A stretch of DNA of 64,000 bases from an uncultured Puniceicoccaceae bacterium (GCA_963933835.1 CAWVVV010000007.1:1-64000), one strand, 5' to 3'; counted from the first letter of the stretch, positions 1 to 8,791 are shown. The notes: generated by a model not told the origin, from the sequence alone. Translations and numbers: made by a program.

Positions 1-188
1 ACTTCGATGGCATGGGTCTCTGTGAGAATATCGCACCGGGTTCCGTCGGGCGCAACCACCTCTGTTTCGCCGCCTATCTTCTCGGCATAGTCTTTTTGGT
101 AGGCACTCTCTGGTTTCAGCCTGCCGGAGTAAGCAAGAGAGCAAGCCAACAAAAGCGGCAGCAAACTGATTTTGGATGAATTGAGCAT
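1..188 (-). CDS. 5' part of small exported hypothetical protein (paralog of 3141-3522), runs off the left edge
   Basis: ATG at 188; manual translation MLNSSKISLLPLLLACSLAYSGRLKPESAYQKDYAEKIGGETEVVAPDGTRCDILTETHAIEV; highly similar to ORF 3265-3522. Confidence 0.8.
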   Translation of the reverse strand, partial: MLNSSKISLLPLLLACSLAYSGRLKPESAYQKDYAEKIGGETEVVAPDGTRCDILTETHAIE

Positions 189-414
189 CGTGAGGAAGAT
201 TGCCGATGATTCGAAACCTAGCCAACGAAATATGTGAACCCTCTTACGGGATGCCTTTTAAAACCATTGCATACTCGTTTTTGCACCGCTAGACACCTCC
301 ATACACATATCTGATGCCAATCTAAAAACTAGAGCCATGAATCTTCGCCTAATCTACCTGTCTTTCATCCTCTCTGCATACGCCTCAGCAGCGACGGTGG
401 ATGACCTGACTTTC
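1..414 (+). repeat. Direct repeat copy 1 (small gene 5' part + divergent intergenic region + BspA gene start)
   Basis: Aligns with 3335-3748 at offset 3334; intergenic part nearly identical, coding parts diverged largely at third codon positions. Confidence 0.9.
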
Positions 415-2007
415 GCATTAAATGAAACGAACACCGCATATGTCACGGACTGCGATGAAAAAGCCACAGGAACCCTAGTCATACCAGAATTTTACAACGG
501 AGCACCTGTCATTGAAATAAGTAGAAGAGCATTTCAAGACTGCTCAAGTCTAACGAGCATCACACTACCAGACTCATTAACAGCAATCTATCATAGTGCA
601 TTTCGCGCTTGCTCTAGCCTGACGAGCATTACGCTTCCTGATTCAGTCACCTATATTGGGGATGAAGCATTTGAAGGGTGTTCAAGCCTGACGAGCATCA
701 CTCTCCCGGACTCACTCACGGCAATTGCATATCGTGCATTTCGCGACTGTTCAAGCCTCACTAGCATTACAATCCCTGACTCAGTCACCTCAATTGAGCT
801 TGAGGCATTTGAAGGTTGTTCAAGCCTGACGAGCATCACTCTCCCGGACTCACTCACGGCAATCCGTATTGGTGCATTTCAATACTGCTCAAACCTGACG
901 AGCATTACGCTTCCTGATTCAGTCACCTATATTGGGGATGAAGCATTTGAAGGGTGTTCAAGCCTGATGAGCATTACGCTTCCTGATTCAGTCACCTATA
1001 TTGGGGATGAAGCATTTGAAGGGTGTTCAAGCCTAACGAGCATTACACTTCCAGATTCACTCAATTCAATTGGCGAAGCAACATTCCGAGGCTGTTCAAG
1101 CCTGACGAGCATTACACTTCCAGATTCAATCAGATCTATGGGCCCAACTGCATTCGAAGGATGCTCAGGCCTAACAAGTATTACACTTCCAGATTCACTC
1201 AATTCAATTGGTTATTACGCATTCACCGGATGCTCAAGTCTGACAAGCATTACACTTCCAGATTCAATATCAGCGATTGGCCAAGGAGCATTCGGAGGCT
1301 GTTCTAGCCTGACGAGCATTACACTTCCAGATTCACTCACAGAGATTGGCGTAGTAGTATTCCGAGGCTGTTCAAGCCTAACGAGCATTACACTTCCAGA
1401 TTCACTCAATTCAATTGGCGAAGCAACATTCCGAGGCTGTTCAAGCCTGACGAGCATTACACTTCCAGATTCAATCGTTACAATAGGTGAGAATGCATTT
1501 GAGGGATGCTCAAGCCTAACAAGTATTACCCTTCCAGATTCAATCACCGAAATTGGAGATGCGGTATTTTTCGGATGTTTAAGTTTGGAGAGCATTACGG
1601 CACCGCTTCACTTGGTAACAGATTTGGTAAACTCGGGTACGCCCCGCGACATCATAAATGTCTCAACATTGGACGGAAACGGCGTCGGCGCAAATGGCTG
1701 GACAACAACTGAAACTCCAATCGGCTTTGTAAACGTATCCTTATACCCATGGATTTATGTCCTGAACATCGATAGCTTCATTTACGCAGAAGGATTAGAC
1801 TTTTCCAATCAAGGCAACTGGGTCTACCTCGCAGTGCTTAACTTCACTTTGGCTCGCTACGATTTCGATGCCAATGGATGGACTACAGAGGAGACCCCAA
1901 TCGGATACATTAACCTATCCTTCGCTCCATGGATCTACATCCTCGACATCAACAGCTTTGCATACGCTGATCAATTTTACGTCAGATGGATCTACCTCAA
2001 AAACTAG
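337..2007 (+). CDS. BspA-type leucine-rich repeat (LRR_5) surface protein with signal peptide and duplicated Trp-rich C-terminal motif
   Basis: Signal-peptide-like N-terminus; 15 full 23-aa units CSSLTSITLPDSxxxIGxxAFxG; two ANGWTTxETPIG...PWIY motifs at the C-terminus. Confidence 0.93.
   Translation: MNLRLIYLSFILSAYASAATVDDLTFALNETNTAYVTDCDEKATGTLVIPEFYNGAPVIEISRRAFQDCSSLTSITLPDSLTAIYHSAFRACSSLTSITLPDSVTYIGDEAFEGCSSLTSITLPDSLTAIAYRAFRDCSSLTSITIPDSVTSIELEAFEGCSSLTSITLPDSLTAIRIGAFQYCSNLTSITLPDSVTYIGDEAFEGCSSLMSITLPDSVTYIGDEAFEGCSSLTSITLPDSLNSIGEATFRGCSSLTSITLPDSIRSMGPTAFEGCSGLTSITLPDSLNSIGYYAFTGCSSLTSITLPDSISAIGQGAFGGCSSLTSITLPDSLTEIGVVVFRGCSSLTSITLPDSLNSIGEATFRGCSSLTSITLPDSIVTIGENAFEGCSSLTSITLPDSITEIGDAVFFGCLSLESITAPLHLVTDLVNSGTPRDIINVSTLDGNGVGANGWTTTETPIGFVNVSLYPWIYVLNIDSFIYAEGLDFSNQGNWVYLAVLNFTLARYDFDANGWTTEETPIGYINLSFAPWIYILDINSFAYADQFYVRWIYLKN
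541..1575 (+). repeat. Coding tandem repeat, 15 x 69 bp (LRR units)
   Basis: Conserved ~36-bp TGYTCAAGCCTRACGAGCATYACRCTTCCWGAYTCA alternating with ~33 variable bp, period 69. Confidence 0.92.
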
Positions 2008-2196
2008 TTGAGTAGAGATTTATGCCGAAGCCTTTGGTTGATCACCTCAGTACCGATACGCGCATATCGGAAATCCTTATTCCTGCCATATTCCTGTCAT
2101 AACAGGCGCATCGGAACGGCTATTCACTGCAACTCACCGCAAAGCAGATCGGCATAAACACTACGTAAGTCACTGTTTATCAGGACTTAAAGTGAT

Positions 2197-2219
2197 TTCG
2201 AATCCCGCTCTCTCCGCCA
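2197..2219 (+). mobile_element. att-like site: isolated 3' end of a tRNA (probably Ser)
   Basis: TTCGAATCCCGCTCTCTCCGCCA is a T-loop plus acceptor strand and CCA with no 5' half of a tRNA; preceded by inverted repeat TAAGTC..GACTTA (2166-2189) and tandem 11-mers TATTCCTGYCA (2078-2099). Confidence 0.75.
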
Positions 2220-2221
2220 CT

Positions 2222-3085
2222 TTATATACGGGTTACGGGCCGATAGAGCGAAATTCCTGTCGCTTCTTCCAACTCAGCTAATCTTAACTCAGCTCTTCGC
2301 AATGTCTCTTCACGCAATTTCAATGCGAAAGCTGATTTCAGCTTCGATTCTGAGACATTCAAACGGAACGGGCCACCCTCTCTAGAGACGGCAACAGGAG
2401 ACGCATAATCATTATCACTTCTAGCCCTAGCCATGGGCCCCTTTTTCGAATAAGCAATTAATTCCTCCCACACCGTTGCCCTCTCGGGCTCCTCGCGCTT
2501 TAAGTATGTCAAGAGCCTCTGCGCTTCATCGTCTGAAACATAGCCCAAGGCAAGGGTATCAGCATGATGGACATCAATCCCCCAAAACTCCTCAAAAAAC
2601 CTCATCTGAAGCATCGATTCTGCTATCGATTTGTTCGTAGAGCTTCTTAGCCTGGCATTACTGATAAAGCGTTCAGAAACTTCGTGAGTGTGCGTAAGAG
2701 GCCTACCCTGTCTACTGACCAACTCCATATCATTCAAGGTATTCACAACTTCCTCAACGTTAGGTCTAAAGTCCAATTCGTCGCTCCACGGCCATTCTCC
2801 AATTGTGTATGCGAGAAAAAATGTAAGAGCGCCAAGTTCGATACCGGCGATCAGGAAAAGTATTGAGCAAGCTTTAGAAAAAGAACCTTTGAAGGAATGA
2901 AATCTCGGTTCCCAATCAGCCTTCCCGCAGAGTAGCCGAGCCAGCTCAGAGATACATTTCAAACAAGCTGACCATCCTCTGCGAAGAGCGACAACTAAAA
3001 GGATGACGAATGGGATTCCCAGCAAGACTAGCTGGACAATGAAAGTAACTTTCACAGCTACAGGAAAATATACCAAATCACTCAT
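2222..3085 (-). CDS. Hypothetical membrane protein (two N-terminal hydrophobic segments)
   Basis: 287-aa ORF with ATG start; no recognisable motif. Confidence 0.65.
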   Translation of the reverse strand: MSDLVYFPVAVKVTFIVQLVLLGIPFVILLVVALRRGWSACLKCISELARLLCGKADWEPRFHSFKGSFSKACSILFLIAGIELGALTFFLAYTIGEWPWSDELDFRPNVEEVVNTLNDMELVSRQGRPLTHTHEVSERFISNARLRSSTNKSIAESMLQMRFFEEFWGIDVHHADTLALGYVSDDEAQRLLTYLKREEPERATVWEELIAYSKKGPMARARSDNDYASPVAVSREGGPFRLNVSESKLKSAFALKLREETLRRAELRLAELEEATGISLYRPVTRI

Positions 3086-3140
3086 TTAGATCTTATTGTA
3101 GAGCTAACGATTTTCAGTAGTTAGCTTTCAAACGTCCAAA

Positions 3141-3522
3141 CTAATCTTCGAATACATTAACAGGCCAGACCTTAATAGGGAGCATATGGAACTGAATCAC
3201 TGAATTCAATCTGACGAAATACTTGTAGTCCTTCTCGCTCTCTAGGATCAGGACAATTCCTGCCTTACGGTTGAACTGGAACCCGTAGTTTAGGCTTTGC
3301 CCAACTGCCTCTGCCCCATTTGTCTCCAAAATCCACTTCTATGGCGTGCGTATCAGTGAGGATATCGCAGCGAGTGCCATCAGGGGCAACCACTTCTGTC
3401 TGCCCTACAATCTTCTCAGCGTAGGCTTCTTGATAAGCGCGTTCAGGTTTCAGCCTGCTGGAGTATGCAAGAGAGGAAATCAACAAAAGTGACAGCAAGC
3501 TGATTTTGGATGAATTGAGCAT
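3141..3522 (-). pseudogene. Small exported PD-(D/E)XK-like-fold protein, frameshifted
   Basis: ORFs 3265-3522 and 3141-3329 join into ...HAIEVDFGDKW-AEAVGQSLNYGFQFNRKAGIVLILE... if one G is removed from the GGGG run at 3314-3317. Confidence 0.75.
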
Positions 3523-3748
3523 CGCAAGGAAGATTGCCGCTGATTTGGAAGCTAGCCAACGAAATATGTGAACCCTCCTACGGGATGGCTTCTAAAAACA
3601 TTGCATACTCACTGTTGCACCGCTAGACACCTCCATACACATATCTGATGCCAATCTAAAAACTAGAGCCATGAATCTTCGCCTAACCTACCTGCCCTTC
3701 ATTCTCTCTGCATACGCTTCAGCGGCCACCGTGAATGACCTGACGTTC
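3335..3748 (+). repeat. Direct repeat copy 2 of 1-414
   Basis: Alignment at offset 3334 (ATG 337 corresponds to ATG 3671). Confidence 0.9.
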
Positions 3749-4042
3749 ACCCTGAACGGCACAAACACCGGCTATGTAGTTTTAGACTGTTATGAGAATG
3801 CGACAGGCATTCTGGATATCCCAAATTCATATAACGGAGCACCCGTCACTTCAATTGGTGACTACGCATTCAGCGGATGCTTCAACCTAACAACTATCAC
3901 ACTTCCAGATTCCGTCTCTTCGAGTGGTGACGCAGCGGAACAATATGTATCAAATTCCACTACCAACACTGCGCAAAGTAACGGTTCGAGGCGAAGACTA
4001 AGGTCTAACCCTTGTAGTATCCAAAAAAACCTCATAAATTAG
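3671..4042 (+). pseudogene. Truncated BspA-type LRR paralog (signal peptide, N-cap, about one repeat, then unrelated tail)
   Basis: N-terminus near-identical to 337-2007; homology ends at ...TTITLPDSV near 3915. Confidence 0.8.
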
Positions 4043-4070
4043 TATTACTTATTCAGAGTATTACTATTCC

Positions 4071-4099
4071 TTGACAAGTCATTTACATTGCCTTCAGTT
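4071..4099 (+). promoter_or_regulatory. Putative sigma70 promoter for the twin small membrane protein genes
   Basis: Perfect TTGACA at 4071-4076 with AT-rich sequence upstream; -10 match is weak. Confidence 0.4.
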
Positions 4100-4234
4100 T
4101 CAACCCCAGATGGACCGGCCTAACTTTTGTTACGTTACTGCTATTTTCCGATTCTCGATCAACGGGTTGCTTAAGTAAATGCCCCCCCGGGGTTACGATC
4201 TGTTGAGTGTCAACCCAAACCAAGGAATAATAAG

Positions 4235-4468
4235 ATGAACAGTGTTATATCACAACTGAAAGACTGGATTAAGATCATCACCGAGCTTGGCATCGGTCTG
4301 GTAGCACTCGGCGTTTTAGCCGAGGTTATCTTCGGGAAAGGCGCATTATTCGGTGCCAGTGTCGTTACCAATCTGTCCGAGATTGTGGCAGCGATTGGGG
4401 GAGAAAACGGATTCGTTGGCTTGATCGCCATCCTGTTGATCTTCGCACTGGTGAAGAACCGCTCCTAG
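4235..4468 (+). CDS. Small hydrophobic membrane protein (77 aa), paralog A
   Basis: AAGGA RBS-like sequence upstream; two Gly-rich hydrophobic helices; similar to 4523-4747. Confidence 0.85.
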   Translation: MNSVISQLKDWIKIITELGIGLVALGVLAEVIFGKGALFGASVVTNLSEIVAAIGGENGFVGLIAILLIFALVKNRS

Positions 4469-4522
4469 CCAAACTACAGTAACAAACTACAGTAACAAAC
4501 AACTAACTAAGAGTCATTAAAC

Positions 4523-4747
4523 ATGGAAGATGTAACACGTAAATTAAAAGAAATCATTGGCGGAGTAACTCAAGTGCTGATCGCAGCGATCGGTCTTTTG
4601 ATTGTCTCACAAGTGGTGTTTGGTTCAGGCATTTATGATGTCGTCGGAAACATCACCGCCTTAGTCGACACCTTCATTGGCGCCAGCGCCAGCTTGGCAA
4701 GCGTGATCGCTCTGATCATTGTTCTCGGAGTCATTCCGAGGAACTAA
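4523..4747 (+). CDS. Small hydrophobic membrane protein (74 aa), paralog B
   Basis: Same pattern as paralog A (LKxxI..T....V.FG.G....VV.N...V....G....IA.L.). Confidence 0.85.
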   Translation: MEDVTRKLKEIIGGVTQVLIAAIGLLIVSQVVFGSGIYDVVGNITALVDTFIGASASLASVIALIIVLGVIPRN

Positions 4748-4768
4748 TCAAGGATTAACCTTAACAGC

Positions 4769-4800
4769 AAAAGGAGGGGCCGTTGCCCCTCCTTTTTTTT
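4769..4800 (+). terminator. Rho-independent terminator (potentially bidirectional)
   Basis: AAAAGGAGGGGC-CGTT-GCCCCTCCTTTTTTTT. Confidence 0.9.
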
Positions 4801-4911
4801 AACAAATTCACTAAGTCCTTTAGGTTTAATCCCCTACTCGACGATGAACCGCTCTTTCGTTTCGAAGTGATAAAATTGCCTTGGATCAGGTATTCCCATG
4901 CCATAATAGGC

Positions 4912-5055
4912 CTAGGATCGTCCTCCGGCATCGCCTTCGCGCAGGATCCGGATGATTTGCTCTACAGTGTGCTTTGTCTTTTTCATCGATGATTTTCCTT
5001 TTATTGACCGAAAATCATCTCATCGGCAATGGACTAATTCACAGGGGTCCGGTCA
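4912..5055 (-). mobile_element. IS3-family remnant (left inverted repeat + first ~21 codons of OrfA)
   Basis: Minus strand begins TGACCGGACCCCTGTGAATTAGTCCA (5055-5030); AAGGA then ATG at 4986 encoding MKKTKHTVEQIIRILREGDAG, typical of IS3 OrfA N-termini. Confidence 0.7.
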
Positions 5056-5216
5056 GATTGAGTATGAGCATACCCAACACCCCAATACAGATGACGAAGA
5101 AAATTCGTGAATCTAAATGCTTAGCGTGTGTGGAAAGCATATTTCAATAGATGCGCTAGCCTTGCTAAGTGATGCTGAATAGCGCGAGCAAACTTAACAC
5201 CTCAAGCTCCGCCACC

Positions 5217-5759
5217 TTATTTCGCCTCTTCGGCGATTGCCGACGCGAGTTCTTCGAGGAGGCTGCCTAGGCTTTCGACCATTTTAGTTTTGGGCGAACC
5301 GCCTCTCCAGACTTGTTCTGTGCTAAGGGTTCCACCCGCTACGGGTGTGTGGTCATTTTCTAGAAGCCATTCCGCAACTAAAACGACCTGACCATCTGCG
5401 GCCGCTTCAAAGCGGGTAAAGATGACTTCAAGTCTTCCTGAAACACCCGACGGTGAAAGCGCGTTCTCCAGCTTTCGCTCAATCATCACATCGAGGGGCT
5501 CGGCCCAGCGATGAAACTCGAGATACTCGACTTCATACTCGCTAGCGCGGATAGCGAGTTTGCGCCCTGAGAGGTAGTAAGGAAGTTGTGACACAACGAC
5601 CTTTAACTCTATATCAGATCCCTCCGAAAGTGTCATTGGGGACAGGGTGTAGAAACGCGTTGGGTCCGCTTTCGGATCTGTGCTAATACAACCACCAAAG
5701 GCTAGCGCGGCTACCGTCGCAGCGATTCGTATTAAGTTCTTATGACGCATCTTTCGCAT
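5217..5759 (-). CDS. PqiC-family ABC-type transport auxiliary lipoprotein
   Basis: Lipobox-like AFGGC; TRFYTL, LPYYL and HRWAEPL motifs; downstream of MlaD. Confidence 0.85.
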   Translation of the reverse strand: MRKMRHKNLIRIAATVAALAFGGCISTDPKADPTRFYTLSPMTLSEGSDIELKVVVSQLPYYLSGRKLAIRASEYEVEYLEFHRWAEPLDVMIERKLENALSPSGVSGRLEVIFTRFEAAADGQVVLVAEWLLENDHTPVAGGTLSTEQVWRGGSPKTKMVESLGSLLEELASAIAEEAK

Positions 5760-5761
5760 AC

Positions 5762-6772
5762 CTATTTGCCCTCCTTACCCGTAAGCAATGAGCTTGGGTT
5801 TCGCTCCAGATAGTCCAGAAGTTCACGCATTGCCTTGGCTGATTCCCTGACCTCGAGCAACGCCTGACCGAGTCGATCTGCGAAATGTTCACGGCCATCG
5901 ACAAGGTTATTCAAATTATTTGTCAGGCGCTCAACCGCTTGAAGTGTGTCCTGACCGTTGAGGACCAAGGCATTATACCCACTCATCACCGGATCGACGG
6001 CATCATTTACTCGTGAAAGAAGATGGCCGAGCGAATCGTTTGTCACGCGGATCTCTTTGAGCAAGGGCTTCAGATCGAGTTCATTGGTCGCACTATTTAA
6101 GTTATCCGTCAGGGTAACGATATTCTCATTCCATGCTTCCGTATCGAGGCTGGAGAGCCTGCTTTCGAGCGTCTCAAGCGTACTCTTTAACGCCTCACTG
6201 ATGCCCCTCACATCAAGTGTGGCCAGCTCCGCCATGACGCTTGACGCCGATGCTCCAAGCTCAGCCAAGGTCGACTGCATCGAAGGCACTTCTAGGTATT
6301 CGCCACTGTTCTGGACGATTTGAAATTGTTCGTTGGGCTTCGCGAAGTAACCCATCTCGACGTAGAGCTGCCCTGTAATAATACTTTCCATCTCGAGCCG
6401 CACACGCAGTCCCCCAATGACTTGAGCATCGAGCTGGGCGGGGTCACGGAAGTCGATCATGGGATCAACTCCGAGGTCGCGATGGACACGATCTAGATCG
6501 ATCTTCGCAAAGACCGGCACATAAGTCTCTTCGATCGCTGGATTCTGATCATAGGAGATATGGATATCCGAGACCTTGCCGATGGGCACCCCGTTGAACT
6601 TCACCGGTGAGCCAACAGAGAGGCCATTAACCGACTCGTTGAAGTAGAAGAGGACCTCGACCTCCTTACCGAAGACGCGCACTGAGCCCACGTAAATGGC
6701 AGTGGAAACAATCGCGAGGAGACCAATGAGGACAAAGGCGCCGACACGGGCATGATGAACAGTCTGACTCAT
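5762..6772 (-). CDS. mlaD: MlaD/MCE family protein
   Basis: FNESVNGLSVGSPVKFNGVPIGKV MCE motif; C-terminal LLDYLERNPSSLL. Confidence 0.88.
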   Translation of the reverse strand: MSQTVHHARVGAFVLIGLLAIVSTAIYVGSVRVFGKEVEVLFYFNESVNGLSVGSPVKFNGVPIGKVSDIHISYDQNPAIEETYVPVFAKIDLDRVHRDLGVDPMIDFRDPAQLDAQVIGGLRVRLEMESIITGQLYVEMGYFAKPNEQFQIVQNSGEYLEVPSMQSTLAELGASASSVMAELATLDVRGISEALKSTLETLESRLSSLDTEAWNENIVTLTDNLNSATNELDLKPLLKEIRVTNDSLGHLLSRVNDAVDPVMSGYNALVLNGQDTLQAVERLTNNLNNLVDGREHFADRLGQALLEVRESAKAMRELLDYLERNPSSLLTGKEGK

Positions 6773-6818
6773 AGACAATTTCTAACTATTGCGGGGGAAT
6801 GGGAATGGACAACCTTCT

Positions 6819-7583
6819 TCATGAAATTCGCTCCGTTCCGTTGCGGGTGAGAAACGCTTCGACGCGTTCATTCGGTGGATTCTTAAGTAATTCGAGGGGC
6901 GGACCTAATGCCGTCATCGTTTTTTCCTCTGCATCGAGGAAGAGCGCGCGATCAGCGACAGCGTAAAGGCTGCTTAGCTCATGCGTGATGATGACGACGG
7001 TAGTGCCAAGGCTGTCCCGTATCTTCAAAATAGTCTCATCGAGGCGCTGCGAGGTGACCGGATCGAGGCCTGCCGAAGGCTCATCAAAGAGCAAGATCTC
7101 TGGATCGAGTGCCATCGCTCGCGCGAGACCGGCCCGCTTGCGCATCCCACCACTGATCTTCGACGGATAAAAGTCTTCGAATCCTTGCAAGCCTACCAAT
7201 GCCAATTTGAAGCGCACCATCTCACGAATGGCACGTAGTCCCAGCTGGCTATACTCCTTGAGCGGGAGTGCGACATTCTCTGCGAGGGTCAGGTTGCTCC
7301 ACAGGGCACCCTGCTGGAACAACACCCCGCACTTACGAACCATGCGCTCGCGGGCGGCTTTGCTGCTGCCCGTAAAGCTTTCACCGCTGTGCATCACTTC
7401 ACCAGCAGTCGGCTCAAGCAGACCGACCAAATGGCGCAAAAGGGTGCTCTTTCCACAACCACTGCCACCCATGACAACAAAGACCTCGCCAGCCTGTATT
7501 TGAAAATTGAGACGCTGTTGCACGAGAAGACTTCCAAATGCCATCCTCAGATCTCGAACTTCAATTTTTGGCGTCGTCGTCAT
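6819..7583 (-). CDS. mlaF: MlaF-type ABC transporter ATP-binding protein
   Basis: Walker A GGSGCGKS, ISGGMRKRAGLARA, FDEPSAGLDP; start placed at ATG 7583. Confidence 0.92.
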   Translation of the reverse strand: MTTTPKIEVRDLRMAFGSLLVQQRLNFQIQAGEVFVVMGGSGCGKSTLLRHLVGLLEPTAGEVMHSGESFTGSSKAARERMVRKCGVLFQQGALWSNLTLAENVALPLKEYSQLGLRAIREMVRFKLALVGLQGFEDFYPSKISGGMRKRAGLARAMALDPEILLFDEPSAGLDPVTSQRLDETILKIRDSLGTTVVIITHELSSLYAVADRALFLDAEEKTMTALGPPLELLKNPPNERVEAFLTRNGTERIS

Positions 7584-7585
7584 GC

Positions 7586-8716
7586 CTAGATACCCAGCGT
7601 TGCCGCCGCCCAATCGATCACTGCGTTAGAGAAAATGATTAGAGTGATGGCCGTAACCACCGCACGTGTGGCGGCCAAGCCGACCGCGCTCGCACCGCTG
7701 CCAGTCTGCAATCCTCGCAGGCAGCCAGCAATTGCAATCAAGGCACCAAAGACAAAGCCCTTGAATATACCCAAGGCCAAATCGGGGAATTCAACGACCA
7801 GATTCATCTCGGAAAAGAAGACCGCCCCGGGCACGCCCATGAGAAACTCCGCCACGAGCCAGCCACCAAAGACGCCGACAATATTCGCCAAGCCCACGAG
7901 CAAAGGCATCATCAAAACCATCGCGATGAGGCGTGGGAGGGCCAAATATTCAAGCGGTGAAATACCAAAGGTGCGCAGAGCATCGAGCTCTTCATTAACC
8001 TTCATGCTACCGATCTCGGCAGCAAAGGCGGCACCAGTGCGGCCCGCCATGATGATGCCCGTCATGATCGCGCCCATTTCGCGCAACATTCCGAAACCCA
8101 CGAGATAAGCGACGGCAAACTCCGCCCCAAATCGCCTCAAAGTCACCGCGCCCAGAAACGAAATTATCAGGCCGACGAGAAAACTGATCAACGCGACAAT
8201 CGGCACCGCTTCCAGCCCGACGCGCTGCATCACTAGCCAGATTTCCTGCCACCTCATCTTTTCGCGCCTCAAAAGCAAACGTAAGAAACCCTCACTACAC
8301 GCGCCGATAAAAGCAGAGACCTCGATCGCTCCTTCGGCGACATCGTGGCATATCCGGCCGATCGAGTTGTAAAACCCGTCGGGCTTCGACACTTTCGCTG
8401 TCTCCTTTTTTCGGGCGACGCGGGCGAGCTCAAGGAGCGCCAGTGAATCCTCCGGAATCGATGACCAATCAACGGCCCGCTCCTGCTCCTCGGACCAATC
8501 GTGCAACGCGAGGAGAAAGGAAGGCAGGGTCGAATCGGCTCCACCCACTGCCGACGTATCGATGACGACGGGCAGGTTCGGCAGTTTCATCAACTGCGCC
8601 TGCAATCCAGCAAAAGCGGGGACTTTCATCGACCATCTCCACACCCCCGCTAGCTTCAAGTGAATCGCCGATTCGCCTGAGCTAAAGTGTGCAGTTGGTT
8701 TTTCCTCTTGTCCCAT
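7586..8716 (-). CDS. mlaE: MlaE-family permease with N-terminal STAS-like domain
   Basis: REMGAIMTGIIMAGRTGAAFAAEIGSMKVNEELDAL motif. Confidence 0.92.
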   Translation of the reverse strand: MGQEEKPTAHFSSGESAIHLKLAGVWRWSMKVPAFAGLQAQLMKLPNLPVVIDTSAVGGADSTLPSFLLALHDWSEEQERAVDWSSIPEDSLALLELARVARKKETAKVSKPDGFYNSIGRICHDVAEGAIEVSAFIGACSEGFLRLLLRREKMRWQEIWLVMQRVGLEAVPIVALISFLVGLIISFLGAVTLRRFGAEFAVAYLVGFGMLREMGAIMTGIIMAGRTGAAFAAEIGSMKVNEELDALRTFGISPLEYLALPRLIAMVLMMPLLVGLANIVGVFGGWLVAEFLMGVPGAVFFSEMNLVVEFPDLALGIFKGFVFGALIAIAGCLRGLQTGSGASAVGLAATRAVVTAITLIIFSNAVIDWAAATLGI

Positions 8717-8791
8717 CGTTATGCACTGCGATTAATCCGCAGCGAAAAATACATTTCCAACGCGTCCTCTCACCATTGCAACGCACGATTC

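Noticed and set aside
541..1575. CRISPR-like periodicity (~36-bp constant + ~33-bp variable)
   Set aside because: Period is exactly 23 codons in an open LRR frame, repeats vary at wobble positions, spacers are homologous to one another, and no cas genes are present
1..4042. Diversity-generating retroelement template/variable repeat pair
   Set aside because: No reverse transcriptase in the window; differences between copies are not adenine-specific and are largely synonymous
4783..4992. 69-aa + strand ORF
   Set aside because: Starts inside a terminator; the opposite strand is better explained as an IS3 OrfA stub
5208..5216. Second tRNA att remnant (CTCCGCCAC, as at 2212-2220)
   Set aside because: Only 9 bp with no T-loop sequence; could easily be chance
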